Below, in pieces: positions 47,158 to 58,752 of a DNA stretch of 64,000 bases. A program made the position numbers and the translations under genes. Each line of letters begins with the position of its first letter. Position 1 is the stretch's first letter. The notes under the pieces were generated by a model. That model saw only the letters and a program-made list of their open reading frames with translations, was not told the DNA's origin and did no database searches. The stretch comes from Takakia lepidozioides (Eukaryota > Plantae > Bryophyta). The stretch is taken from assembly GCA_030704615.1 (NCBI GenBank), contig CM060731.1:95914001-95978000 (forward strand). The letters are read 5' to 3'.

Positions 47158-50100
47158 AGTACATGTTACAATTCTTGCAGAACTTTGAGCCAAGGACAAG
47201 AGCAACAACGGTGAAGGGAGTTGAATTACTAATTACTCCCCTATACCTACAGCAATTGTTTCGATTGCCAGCAGGCCAGGTGCATGTGGAGGAGCACAGG
47301 GCAAGACTGCAAATATGGGACTTATTCCAAGAAGGGAGTTTCTTTAAAACTCAGGGTTATGCTTGTACCAAGGCTGTGTACCCAGGGCTAAGAGAGGTAG
47401 GCCAGGTATTGAACGTTCTGTTTGCCATGAAACAGAACCAACAGTATTTGAGCAGATCCTTCACAGAAGAAATACTCAAAGCCCTGAGAGGAGAAGAGGT
47501 AGAATGGGCGGACATAATGTACAACGCACAGGTAGAGGAGATGAAAAGATTACAGGGTACTGCCGCAAAGTCTCCTATTATAGTGTCTGGCCCAATTATT
47601 GCTCAAATAATTCTTGATTTTGGCATACTTGATGCGCGAGAAAGAAAGGAGATGGGAGTGTTTGAGCCAGAAACCACTGCAATGGAAGAGCAAGGCTCTT
47701 CACACAGTGAGGGTGGACTGGCAGGGCAACCTGAGACTAAGAGACAGAGACGGGGAAAGACTGTAGTGGCAGATCCACTAGCTTCACGGAATCCGCATGA
47801 TAATGTTTCCCAAGCTCTTGTGCAGGAAGGGGCACAGCAGCACAGAGAACTGCTATTACTGGAAGCAGGACCTTCAGAGAGGGAAGAGGAAGTTACTTCA
47901 GTATCATAGCCATCACAGCCAGATGATCGGCTTGTCACAAAGTTACCACAAGTTGTCCATGCAGTTCAACCAGAAATAATTGATTTAGAAAAAGAAGGGT
48001 TAGATATTCCCACTACAGAACAGGTGGTGGCAGAAATTGAGAAGGGGGACCTTCTCTATGAATATTCTGGTATGGTCAAGGACACAGTGATTCCGGAGGT
48101 GCAACGATTGTCCAGGGGAAACCCTGTGGCGCATATAATACACACACCTGTGACGGAGGTACCACAGGTAGAATGCCAAGACATTGCAGCACCAGTGACG
48201 GATGGAGTGGTTCAGGAAGAAAATCTGGTGGGGCAATGGCCCGAGTGGTTCGTAAGGCATCACACTGTTGAGGATCAGGGAGAACAGCAGCAAGCTCACC
48301 AAGATGACCCTCAACAGGCGATGCTTATGAGTTCCATAAATATGACACTTAATTTGTTGGGTACTTATGTCAAATCACATGTTCCCACTACTCAATTGGC
48401 AGCTTTGAGGGAGGAACTCAGGAAGGAGTTTGAGGCTCGACTTGCCACAGAGTGTGCAAATAAGGTCGATGAAGAGGTCACTCTCAAGATGCAACAAGAC
48501 TTGGAGAGTACAGAAGCGGCTTTGCAATTGGCCAAGGAACAATTGATTGAGGCAGGCCTCGCGCAAGACCAGTTGCACGAAGCACATAAGCAACAGCTAT
48601 ACCAAATGCAAGTGAAGCATGAAAGCAAGTTGCAACAAGTGAATGCACTACATACGGAGTTGCAGACAGTGCATGACAAGATGGCCATCCAATGTGCTAC
48701 ACTCACAACTATGCTTGACCAATCTACAACCGAAATAAACAGTCAAGCGGAAAGATGTACGAAGGCAGAGGCAGAAAATGTTGAGCAAGTGAAACTCATT
48801 GCCGATATGAAGAATACAATCTGTCGCAATGAAGATACTTTCAAGCAATACATACAGGTTGAAGCTGACCAAGAGAGACACATACTGGAGTTGCAACAAA
48901 CAATCATGGCCAATAGAAATGAAATCTCTGTCACTAACAAGGTTTGGAAGGAAGCCAATAATCTGCTTGCTGCCTATGCAAATTTGGTTGAACCTCATGC
49001 GAAGTGCATGGAGGCTTTACAACAGCAGTTAGATATGTACAAACTTAGAGAGGAGTAGACTCTCAGAGGTACCACAAGCAACTTAGTGGATAACCACCTT
49101 ATGCAGGTCTGGTTAGCACAAGGGCCAGTGGAGGGCAAAACACCACGAAAGCTCACCCAAAGCGAGATGAATGAGCTCAGACTGCAAGTGCAGAACATTG
49201 CCACAAATACTATAGACAATGTCTATAGTAGGATAGCGGAGTTACAGGAGGATGTAGACGGCCTGCAGACTCAAGTGGAGGACCTCATTTCAAATATCGA
49301 CAACAGAGTCTGTGTACCTGAGGAACAGCTAATGGCTTCTTATTTAAAAGCGAGAACTTTGGCTTTTCAGTCTTCTTCACAGGAGGTGCAGGAGATGCCA
49401 ATGGTATAAGAGCCAGTGCCACCAACACCACAACAAGTCACTGTGCTAGTAGCTGACCCTGTTGTTACTACAGCCACACCACAGCCACCACAGCCTGAGG
49501 TATGGGGAAATGCTGCTTTTAACCCACCTAAAACTCCAGCTGCAAGAGAGTACAATAGGGCTATGATTATGCCCTTCAACCAAATTCCCATTGTGTTGGA
49601 TTTGGTTTGGAAAGAATTTAGTCCTCCGCAGTCATTGGCACATTACTATCAAATCATGCGCATATGGCTGCCAGTGGCAACTAGAACTAAGGTACTTCCA
49701 AACAATCAACCCATTGAGGATCATCACTTTGCGCAGTACTGGCATGAAGCAGGTACCATGTTGAAGGAATTAATTGCCTTCCAAGTTGTACATGGATTCA
49801 TTTATACCAAGACCAAGGAGGTAGCAAGTATTGTCATGGGCTGTGGGGTATACTATGCTGCTTGTTTTCTGGTACGTTACCACATTGAGCAGCACAAGAT
49901 GCAATCGCGCTTTCTGAGTTATTCCAGTGGGGATCATTGGGTCTTACCTTCAGTGCCACCTCATATGTACCTATATGAGGCAAAAGTTATGATGCAAAAG
50001 GATTCTCAAATTTGTTCATGGTTTCATGCGGCCTGGAACAATTTGTCAACACAGAAATTTGGCCCTGACGATATTTTCTTTAAGGGACATGAAGGATGGA

Positions 50101-51483
50101 AATACTTGCACAATTCACAAGTCATTGGTACCCCACTCACCTAGACAGACAAAGAGCTCAGGGTCTTCACCAATTTTGCCATTCAGCGTTTGCAGCAAGT
50201 TTTAAAATTTAAACTTCCAGACATGGTAGGACAACATTGTATGCCCCAAAGGATTCCACAAAAAGTTCGACAGTTAAAACACCTGAGAGGAGATGAGGAT
50301 TCTGATACAACTGTTTCTTCAGCGGACTCTTTTGACATGGGAGAAGACTATGCAATTCAGATGGTAGAGAAGAAGCGACGAGGGTCTCCTATGCCTGAAA
50401 GATTACCTTGATATCAGCCTCCAGAGGGCCTCACATATCCAGGTAGTGTTCAATCATCTCCGTCAACCAGTGACAGACCTCGGGCTCATACACAGAGTCC
50501 TTCACGAGACTCTCAACGTCAGAAAGGTACTCGCTCACAAAGGTTTGCTAATCCCAATCAGTAAACCGTGAGGACACGGTTTTTTGAGAGGGGAAGGGGT
50601 AATGTTAGAGGACTGTCTGGGACTTAGACACTTATACGGGATCTGGGGGGTACCCTTAATTTTTGCACAGACTGAGACCAACAGGAGCCTTAGGGGTGAC
50701 AGCAGCGCACTTTAGAGGGGGGTTACACAGCCCGTCACAACCAACACAGCCCGTCACAATCCGACATAGCCGACACAGCCCAACACAGTCGCACAGCCAG
50801 TCACAGCTTGACACAACTGTCACAACCATAGGGAACGGATAGCAGGACAGGGAACGACTGTGGGGAACAACATCTGCAAATGGAACATGTTAGTACACGG
50901 ATGACGACGGTTAGTGAGGGAAACGGTTAGAACAACGGGTAGGAAGATAAAGCCAAGAGCGAGGACGGGAGAAGCATCACTTCTTGGGGAATTCTGGGAG
51001 AAGGGGGAGAGATCACTTGGAGAGGGGACTTCGGACATCACGGGAGGAAAGGAGGAGAGAGCGCATCTCTGAGCGGAAGGATGGAGATCTGTTGATGCTT
51101 AATGAATGCAAGCAATAGAGTTGTAATGTAGAGCAGATTAGAGACTCCATGGCTTCAGCCTGATACTCGATAGATATTAATCTGATACATACTTCATACT
51201 CACACTGTGTAGAGAGATCTGAGTGAAGCTGTGGAATGAATGGATGAGTTGATGGGATCCGATAGATTGCTGAAGCAAACTGATACTTAATTACCAACAG
51301 TAAGGTAACTAGCAAACATGAATGCGGGAAGGAAAACAAATAGGAAACACCCCCATGATACACTAGCTGTAGGTCATGAGTGATTGTTCTGAGTGGGCTG
51401 AGTGCTTAGAGATTTCCAACTCTTCTATCTTGGAGTTTCCGCCTCGGATAGCGAAGGGATGGGTGAGCAAAAGCCGCGTGACA
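47158..51483 (+). mobile_element. 3' half of a Ty3/gypsy copy: 3' ORF, PPT (50586-50599), 3' LTR (50603-51483)
   Basis: Homologous to 39778-42232 and 9753-11078; LTR TG...CA. Confidence 0.9.
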
Positions 51484-52067
51484 GGTTGCAGAAAAGTCGG
51501 CGGAGAACCAATGATATGTGGCATGTTGTGCCACATATGAAGATTTCGAACCGGGAAAAACCGGCAAAAGCTAGCCTAATAACTCATCCATCCAAATCGA
51601 ATCTATCACCAAGCAATAGTACTACTAATGGCCATACCTAACTAGTTCAAGACGGCGGCCACTGCCGAAAGGACAAATGTGCCTTTGCGAGGTGGACACG
51701 TATGCCGTGAACTCATGCATAACGAGATCGAGGGCCCGGCTGGTACTAATCGCACGACGTCTCGCAGCCCAGTAGTTCGTGATTTTCAAGCTGGAGAGTA
51801 GCAGGAGACTGAGTTCCCAGCAAGAGAGTGGAAGGCGGAAGATAGTCTTCCTTTTTCACTTCAGCGAGAGACAAGAAGAAGGCAAGAGAGAGAATGAGAG
51901 GTCGCAAGCTCAACATGACGGTGAAGGAGATAACAGAGGAGAGCGCGGCCCTGGGAACAAAGCACATGGCAGAGGAGGACCAGCCGCGCGGAGAAGCTGG
52001 TGAACGAGGGGAGGAAACAGCAAGAGAGGGCGACCCTGACGACATGGACACAGAGGACCCCGACACC

Positions 52068-53318
52068 CTTTTGATAACCAACGTGCTCTTCCTCTACAGG
52101 CCACCTGATAAATCTATATCACCCCTTTCTCCATACCCCACTCAGGGTCAGCATCATGCACTCTCTTAAGAATGTTTTCTTTACAACCGTCTGGCAATTC
52201 CAAGAACCTCTAAGAGAATTGTTTAGACAATCTTTCATTCTCAGTTTCACAGGGAATTTGATTCACATCAAATTCTTTAATTCTCTATCCACCATGATCC
52301 CACCAGATGCCTGTCACATCTGGCTGTTCATGATTTAGTTCCCCAGTATGGTCGCCAAATGTTGAGCGGCTTTTACTCACCCATCCCTTCGCTATCCGAG
52401 GTGGAAACTCCAAGATAGAAGAGTTGGATATCCTGCAGCTAGTGAATCATGGTTGTGCTTCCCATTTGTATTCCTTCTTGCCTTCATGTTATCAATTTAC
52501 CTTATCTGATACTAAAGCATCAGATTGCTTCAGTATCTTCTTAGTTCCAGTTAATCATGCATTCATTTCACAGCTTCACTCATGTCTCTCTACACAGTGT
52601 GCTTGTATCGAATAAGTATTATACGATTTATCAGGTACTAGGCCAATGTCAAGGTGACTCTAATCCGCCCTACATTATCACTACAGCTGTGCATGAAATA
52701 ATCCTCCATCAAGTCATCATCTCCTCTTCTGTGTAATCATCATCCCTGAGCTCCAAGATCGTGCCCTCCGTCTGACCTTATCCCTTGATGTCTAAGTAGT
52801 GATCCAAGAAGTGATCCCCAAAAAGTCCCCGCTCTTGGCTTTATCTACCTACAAGCTGTTCTAACCGCCTTGCTAACTAACCGTCGCCCCTGAAGTAACA
52901 TATTCCCTCTGCAGATGTCGTTCCCACACAGTCGTTCCCTGTCCATGTTAACCGTTCCCCCTGTACTGTGACAATTGTGCAAAACTGTGTTGGGCTGTGT
53001 GAAGCTGTGATGGGCTGTGACTGGCTGTGATTGGCTGTGACGGAATGTGACTGGCTGTATTGGCTGTGACGGGCTGTGACTGGCTGTGTTGGGCTGTGCG
53101 AAGCTGTGGCGGCTGTGACTGGCTGTGTCGGCTGTGTCGGGCTGGTTGGCTGTGACTGGCTGTGACGGGCTGTGTCGGGCTGTGTACCCCCCCCCCCCCC
53201 CCCCCCTAAAGCCTGCTACTGTCACCCCTAAGGCTCATGTTGGTCTCAGTCTGTGTAAAAATTAAGGGTACCCCACAGAACCCGTAAAAGCGTCCAAGTC
53301 CCAAGCAGCCCTCTAACA
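52068..53318 (-). mobile_element. Diverged LTR (52360-53318), PBS and truncated 5' ORF
   Basis: On the reverse strand the LTR starts TGTTAGAGGGCTG and ends ...AAAAGCCGCTCAACA; PBS at 52340-52357. Confidence 0.85.
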
Positions 53319-53481
53319 GCCACGTCAACAGTGAGCTCCACGACTGGCAGATACGACTCTATGGCGCTTACGACTCATTTGTCACAACTGATTGGGTTTA
53401 TCTGACTGGACAGTCATGCAGTCATAAATGGCTGATACGACTGGAAAATAGCAGACGTAAAAGCCAAGATCTGTTGTAGTG
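53319..53481. mobile_element. Terminal fragment of a CACTA DNA transposon
   Basis: Ends ...GCAGACGTAAAAGCCAAGATCTGTTGTAGTG, with repeated (T)ACGACT motifs. Confidence 0.7.
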
Positions 53482-56400
53482 GAAGAGAGTCAGGGACATG
53501 GATGACCTGCGAGTGAAGAGTACTCTGGTACTTCAAAAGCAAAGTATTGTCATACCTGAGGCAATACAACTTTTGAAGGAATTGAGATTGGAGAGTCTAT
53601 TACGCAAAGAGGCAGCACAGGGAATTGATGATTCAGTTCATTAAGAACTTTGATCCAAGAACGGAGACTACGCAGGTGAAGGGGTTGACATACAAATCAC
53701 CCCACAGAATTTGCAGCAAGTCTTTGACTTACCAGTTGGTGCGGTGAGCGTGGATGAACAAGGCAGAGTATCCATGACTGAGGGAGGTAGGCCAGATACT
53801 GAATGTTCTATTTGCTATGAAATAGAACCAGATGTATCTTAGCAAATCCTTTACTGAGGAAATATCGAAGGCTTTGAAGGGAGATGATGTAGCATGGGCG
53901 GAAATGATGCATCAAGGCCTAAAATTGACGAGATGAAACGGATTCAGACGACTCAGGCCAAAGCACCAATCATCGTTTCAGCCCCAATCATTACACAGAT
54001 TATTCATGACTCTTGTTTACTTACTGTGCAAGAGCGTAAAGACAAGGGTTTGTTTGAGTTAGGCTCTACTGTGGTTGAGGAACATGGATCCTAACAAGGA
54101 GAAGGGGGATTGTAGAGGCAGCGCAATACAAAGAGGCAGAGAAGATGAGAGTCTGCAATGGTGGTACATCATGTGGTTCCGCTTGCGGTAAGGCAAGCTG
54201 TGATGGACGATGTTTCCACGGCTCCTATACAAGATGAAGTACAGCAACAGCAGGAGTTGCCATTACAGGAAGTGCAAGCAGTGGAGCGGGAGGAAGAGGT
54301 CACCTCGGCACCCCAACCGACACAGCCAACTGTCCAAGTTACCCCGCATGTATACAGTTTGGTCTTGCTCCTACACCTGAACCCCTTTCCTCAGAAAGGG
54401 AGGGATTGGACATTCCCACTAAGGAACAAAAGTGGAGGATATTGAGAAGGGTGATCTTCTCTATGAAAGCTATGGAATAGTCAAGCCTTCAATAGTTCCG
54501 AAGATACCAATTATGTCCAAGATGATTCCGGTTGTGCAGAGTAAAGCCAAACCTATGATAGAGGTTGAAACGGTGCATGCCCAAGGTGAAGCTGCACCTT
54601 CAGCAGTTGAGGCTGAACAAGTGCAGAGTCAAGTGGGTACTTGGCCTGAACATTTGGTTTGCGAGACACCAGGCTGTTGATAACCAGGATGAACCACAGC
54701 AAGGTCCGTAGGAAGATCTGCAGCAGGTCATGGTCATGAGTTCTAGTCGAAGCAGAACCCTTAACCTTTTGGGGAACTACTTTAAAACTCATGTTCCTTC
54801 AGCACTATTGGCAGCACTAAGAGAGGAGCTCAAACAGGAGTTTGAGGCTCAAATTCTATCCGAGCGGGCAACCAAACTTGATGTTGAGGCAAGCCTCAAA
54901 TTACAGCAAGCCCTAGATGCGACTAATGCTGCCCTGCAGCTTGAAAAAGAGGATTTAATCAAGGTAGGCCTTGAGCAAGAACAATTACAAGATGCACACA
55001 AATAGAAGCTCTACCAATTGCAAGTCAAGCATGAGGAAGCTCTTGCATCATTGCAAGGAATTAATGCTGGGTTGGCAACAACCAACCAGAAATTTGCCAT
55101 GATGCAATCCGCCACACTGATGGCTAAGTTGGAACAAGCTGATGAGGAAATCAAGAAGAAAAATGGGTTGTGTGCATGGGCAGAGGCACAAGCACTAGAG
55201 TAGGGAGCACTCATTGCAGACATGAAAAATACTCTTTGTCGCAATGAGGGTGTCATCCAGGAATTGAAGCGCTTCAATGAACAAAAGGACCAGCAACTTT
55301 TAGAGTTGCACCAAAAGGTCAAAGTGCGGGACAACGAACTCTCTGTAATTGAAAGAGCACGGAGGGAAGCCAACAACCATGTCAGCTGCCTATGGAGCCT
55401 TGGTAGATCCTCACAAGAAGAGGCTGGAGAGTTTACAACAACAACAACTGGGAGCATACAAGCTCAAGGAGGAGCATGATCTCATAATTTCTACACAAAA
55501 ATTGGTGGATGACCATCTCTTGAAAGTGTGGTTGACAAAAGGACTGGTGGAGGGCAAGGCACCTAGGAAGTTGACTAAGGATGAGATGAAGGATCTCAGA
55601 CAACGGGTGCAGAATATTGCCACAGGAACTATAGACACTGTCTATAGTCAGATAGTTGAGTTGTAGGAGGATGTGAACAAACTTCAGACTCAAGTGGATG
55701 AGTTGAGTTCTGACATTGACAAGAGGGAGTTTGTTCTGAGGAATAGTTACTGGCCACATACTTGCAGGCAAAAACTTTTGTTTTTCATTTTCCAGTGGAG
55801 GAGGTACAAGCTTTGCCAGCACAAGGAGGGAGTGCATCAGCTTCACAGCAGCCACTTCGGGCGGATAGCGTGGATACCATATCACTGGTGCAACAAACAT
55901 TACCTGCTGTCTGGGGTGACTCTTCTTTTAACCCACCACAAACTCCTGCTGAGCTTGAATATAGCAATGCTATAGTTCTACCCTTTAACCACATTCCCTA
56001 TATTATGGATTTGGTTTGGAAGAAAATGGCTCCTCTGGAGTCATTGGCACATTATTACCAACTCATACACCTCGGGTTGCCATTGGCAACTCGAAACAAA
56101 GCTCTTCCATCTGATAAACCGATTGAGGACCATCATTTTGCGCGTTGCTGGCATGAAGCGGGAACGATGCTCAAGGAACTACTTGCCTTCTTGGTCTTTC
56201 AAGGGTTCATATACACCGGGACCAGGGAGGTAGCTAGCCTTGTTATGGGCTATGGTACATATTATGCTGCTTGTTTCATTTTACGTTACCACACAGAGCA
56301 ACAGAAAATGCAGATGAGGTACCAGACTTTTTCCAATGGGGAGCATTGGATCTTACCTCAAATTTCAAAGTTGGGCACGCCATCAAAGTTGGGCACGCCA

Positions 56401-57826
56401 CTCAGTTACACATATGAGGAAATACGGTGTAACTACACCTGCACAAATGCAAGGTCTGGCTCAAGTTTTGTTACATAATGTAACCCAGACCTTGGTGGGC
56501 AGTCATGGGATACCAATCATACTTCCTGTGATTCAGAAGAAGGTTAGGGCTCATAAAGACCAGTGGAGGGACAATGAATCCGACACTTCTGGTTCCTTAG
56601 ATGGCAACTTTGCCATGGTAGAGGACTATGCGGCATCCATGGAGGACAAAGAGAGACGAGGATATCATATTCCTGAGAAAAAACCCCCACTATAATCTCA
56701 GGACAAGACAATCTGCTCTGCCAAGTAGACAGGCATCCCCACCAGCCAAAGACAAGGCTCGGGCTTATAAACAGAGCCCTCACAAGGACTCTCATAAGCA
56801 TACATGTGCCCTTTCACAAAGGTTTGCTGACCCCAAGTAGTAAACCGTGAGGGCACGGCTTTTTGAGAGGGGAGGGGATAATGTTACAGGGCTATCTAGG
56901 ACTTATACGATTTACAGGTTCTGTGGGGTAACCTTAATTTTGCGCAGACATGGCTCTAATGTCATGAGCCATTGTAGGCCCACACAGGCCTTAAGGTGCG
57001 GCTTACATAGGCCCACATAGGTCTTACGGTTAAGTTAGTGCGGCAGTCATAGGCTCATACAGGCCTCAGGGCACGGTAGACCCAGGTCCACACGGGCTAT
57101 AGCAGCACAGGCTACCACAGGTACAGGGTACGAAAGCTGTGACCCTCATAACCGTGCGGTCATAGTTCGACACATGTCACAAGGTGTTGTTACCACATGA
57201 GGGGACCGGGAACGCGGGAACATCACCAACATTAGGAATAGGGAACGGCAGTACAGTTTGATTGTCGAGAGTGACGGTTAGAGTGGTGACTGTTAGTTAG
57301 ACAGTTAAGATAGCTTGCGGGTAGAAAATGCAGAATAGCTATGGAGGGAGGAAATACGTTGATCGCATGGACTTGGAGTACACGGAGGAGAGTACGCGGA
57401 GGAGGAGAGAGACGACGGAGTGCAGCTTGATACTTGCAAGCTATAGAGATGATACCGTAGTGTAGACTTAGTGACACTATGGCTTTGGTCTAACGATTGA
57501 TAGATATAAATACGATTCATACTTCATTCTCACATTGTGTAGAGAGACCAGAGAGAAGCTGTGGAATGCCTAGCTAGGTGTAGAGATCCGGATTAGATGA
57601 TTGCATAAGCAACTTTAACCATAACCATGATAAGCATCACGGGCTCAATACACTCATCATGAATGCCATAAGGGTAGAGTGTAGAAAGACACCCCCACGA
57701 TATACTAGTTGTAGGTCATGACTGATTGTCCTGAGCGGGCTGAGTACTTAGAGCCTTCTAACTCTTATACCTTAAAGTCTCTACCACGGATAGCTAAGGG
57801 ATGGGTGAGTAAAAGCCGCTCCAACA
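53482..57826 (+). mobile_element. Older Ty3/gypsy subfamily 3' half: degenerate 3' ORF, PPT (56865-56877), 3' LTR (56882-57826)
   Basis: Fragments align to the 3' ORF (e.g. PIEDHHFARCWHEAGTMLKELLAF). The LTR runs TGTTACAGGG...GAGTAAAAGCCGCTCCAACA. Confidence 0.85.
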
Positions 57827-57987
57827 CCATAAGCACCCACGTCTCCTCCAACAAACACATTTCAAGGTGTTAGGATAATCAAAGAGGGTCCTAGGAAGGG
57901 CCAACTGGATATCCCGGATGGTGCTTCTCCAAACAGTGAGATTAAGAGAGTCATGGCACGTGAACGGGCAAACCTGACTATGGCACA

Positions 57988-58012
57988 AGAGAGAGAGAGA
58001 GAGAGAGAGAGG
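57988..58012 (+). repeat. (GA)n microsatellite
   Basis: About 12 AG units. Confidence 0.9.
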
Positions 58013-58752
58013 GTGGGGAGAGTGAGGGTGGAGAGGCCCCCCTCTTCTTCTCCATGAAAAATTAGGGAGTTCTTCATGGCATGATCCAGCTACTATGTCT
58101 CAAGGTTCTCCCTCGCATGTCCATGATAGCTCTGGTACTATTGGCCAAACCTCGACCAAGAAGGGCGCCCTCTCACTTGCCCTTGTTGCTGGTGCAAATG
58201 TTAGTGGCGCCATGAGTTGGGAATTAGCCTCTCCCGCCCAAAAGGCAGAATTGGTGGCATCTTTGGTGGCAATAGGGGTTCCAGTCACATCACTAGTACT
58301 GGGCCAACAAGGTGTTTTGCCACAACAGGGGGTCCCGACATCATCACAAGGGGTTCCCATTGAGCCTATAGCTACCGTCTCCACTTCAGAGCAAGAGGCA
58401 AGTATCCTAGCTAGCCTGTCTCCATGTCATTGTTTTATTGTATGTAATCTTTTATTGTTTTGTTGAGAGGGGTATTTTGGTTTCTCATAGTTGTGATGTT
58501 CCTCACACCAAGTACTATAACTGCAGGCCCTGGCATCCGTGACTATGGCCCCGGCATAGCCTGACGCAGGCATACCTGAGAGGCCCTTTGTGATTGATGA
58601 GGGGGCCGTAGAGAGACGTAGGCTAGAGAGAGAGGCGGAGGTAGAGGCTACTATGGGGAAAGGAAAAACCCCAGTATGGTAGAAGCCCGCTCTCCTAATC
58701 TACCCGCAAGCTGTTCTAACCACCTAACTAACTAACCGTCACCCCTGAAGTG

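Noticed and set aside
46839-47909. 356 aa Cys/Gly-rich (metallothionein-like) fusion protein
   Set aside because: Chance read-through of the antisense LTR GGCTGTGT repeat into the 3' ORF across an insertion junction.
31655-51483. One full-length retrotransposon from LTR 31655 to LTR 51483
   Set aside because: The 3' ORF region is present twice (39778-42232 and 47158-49630) with divergence, flanks GTTCC and GGTTG are not a TSD, and a gap intervenes.
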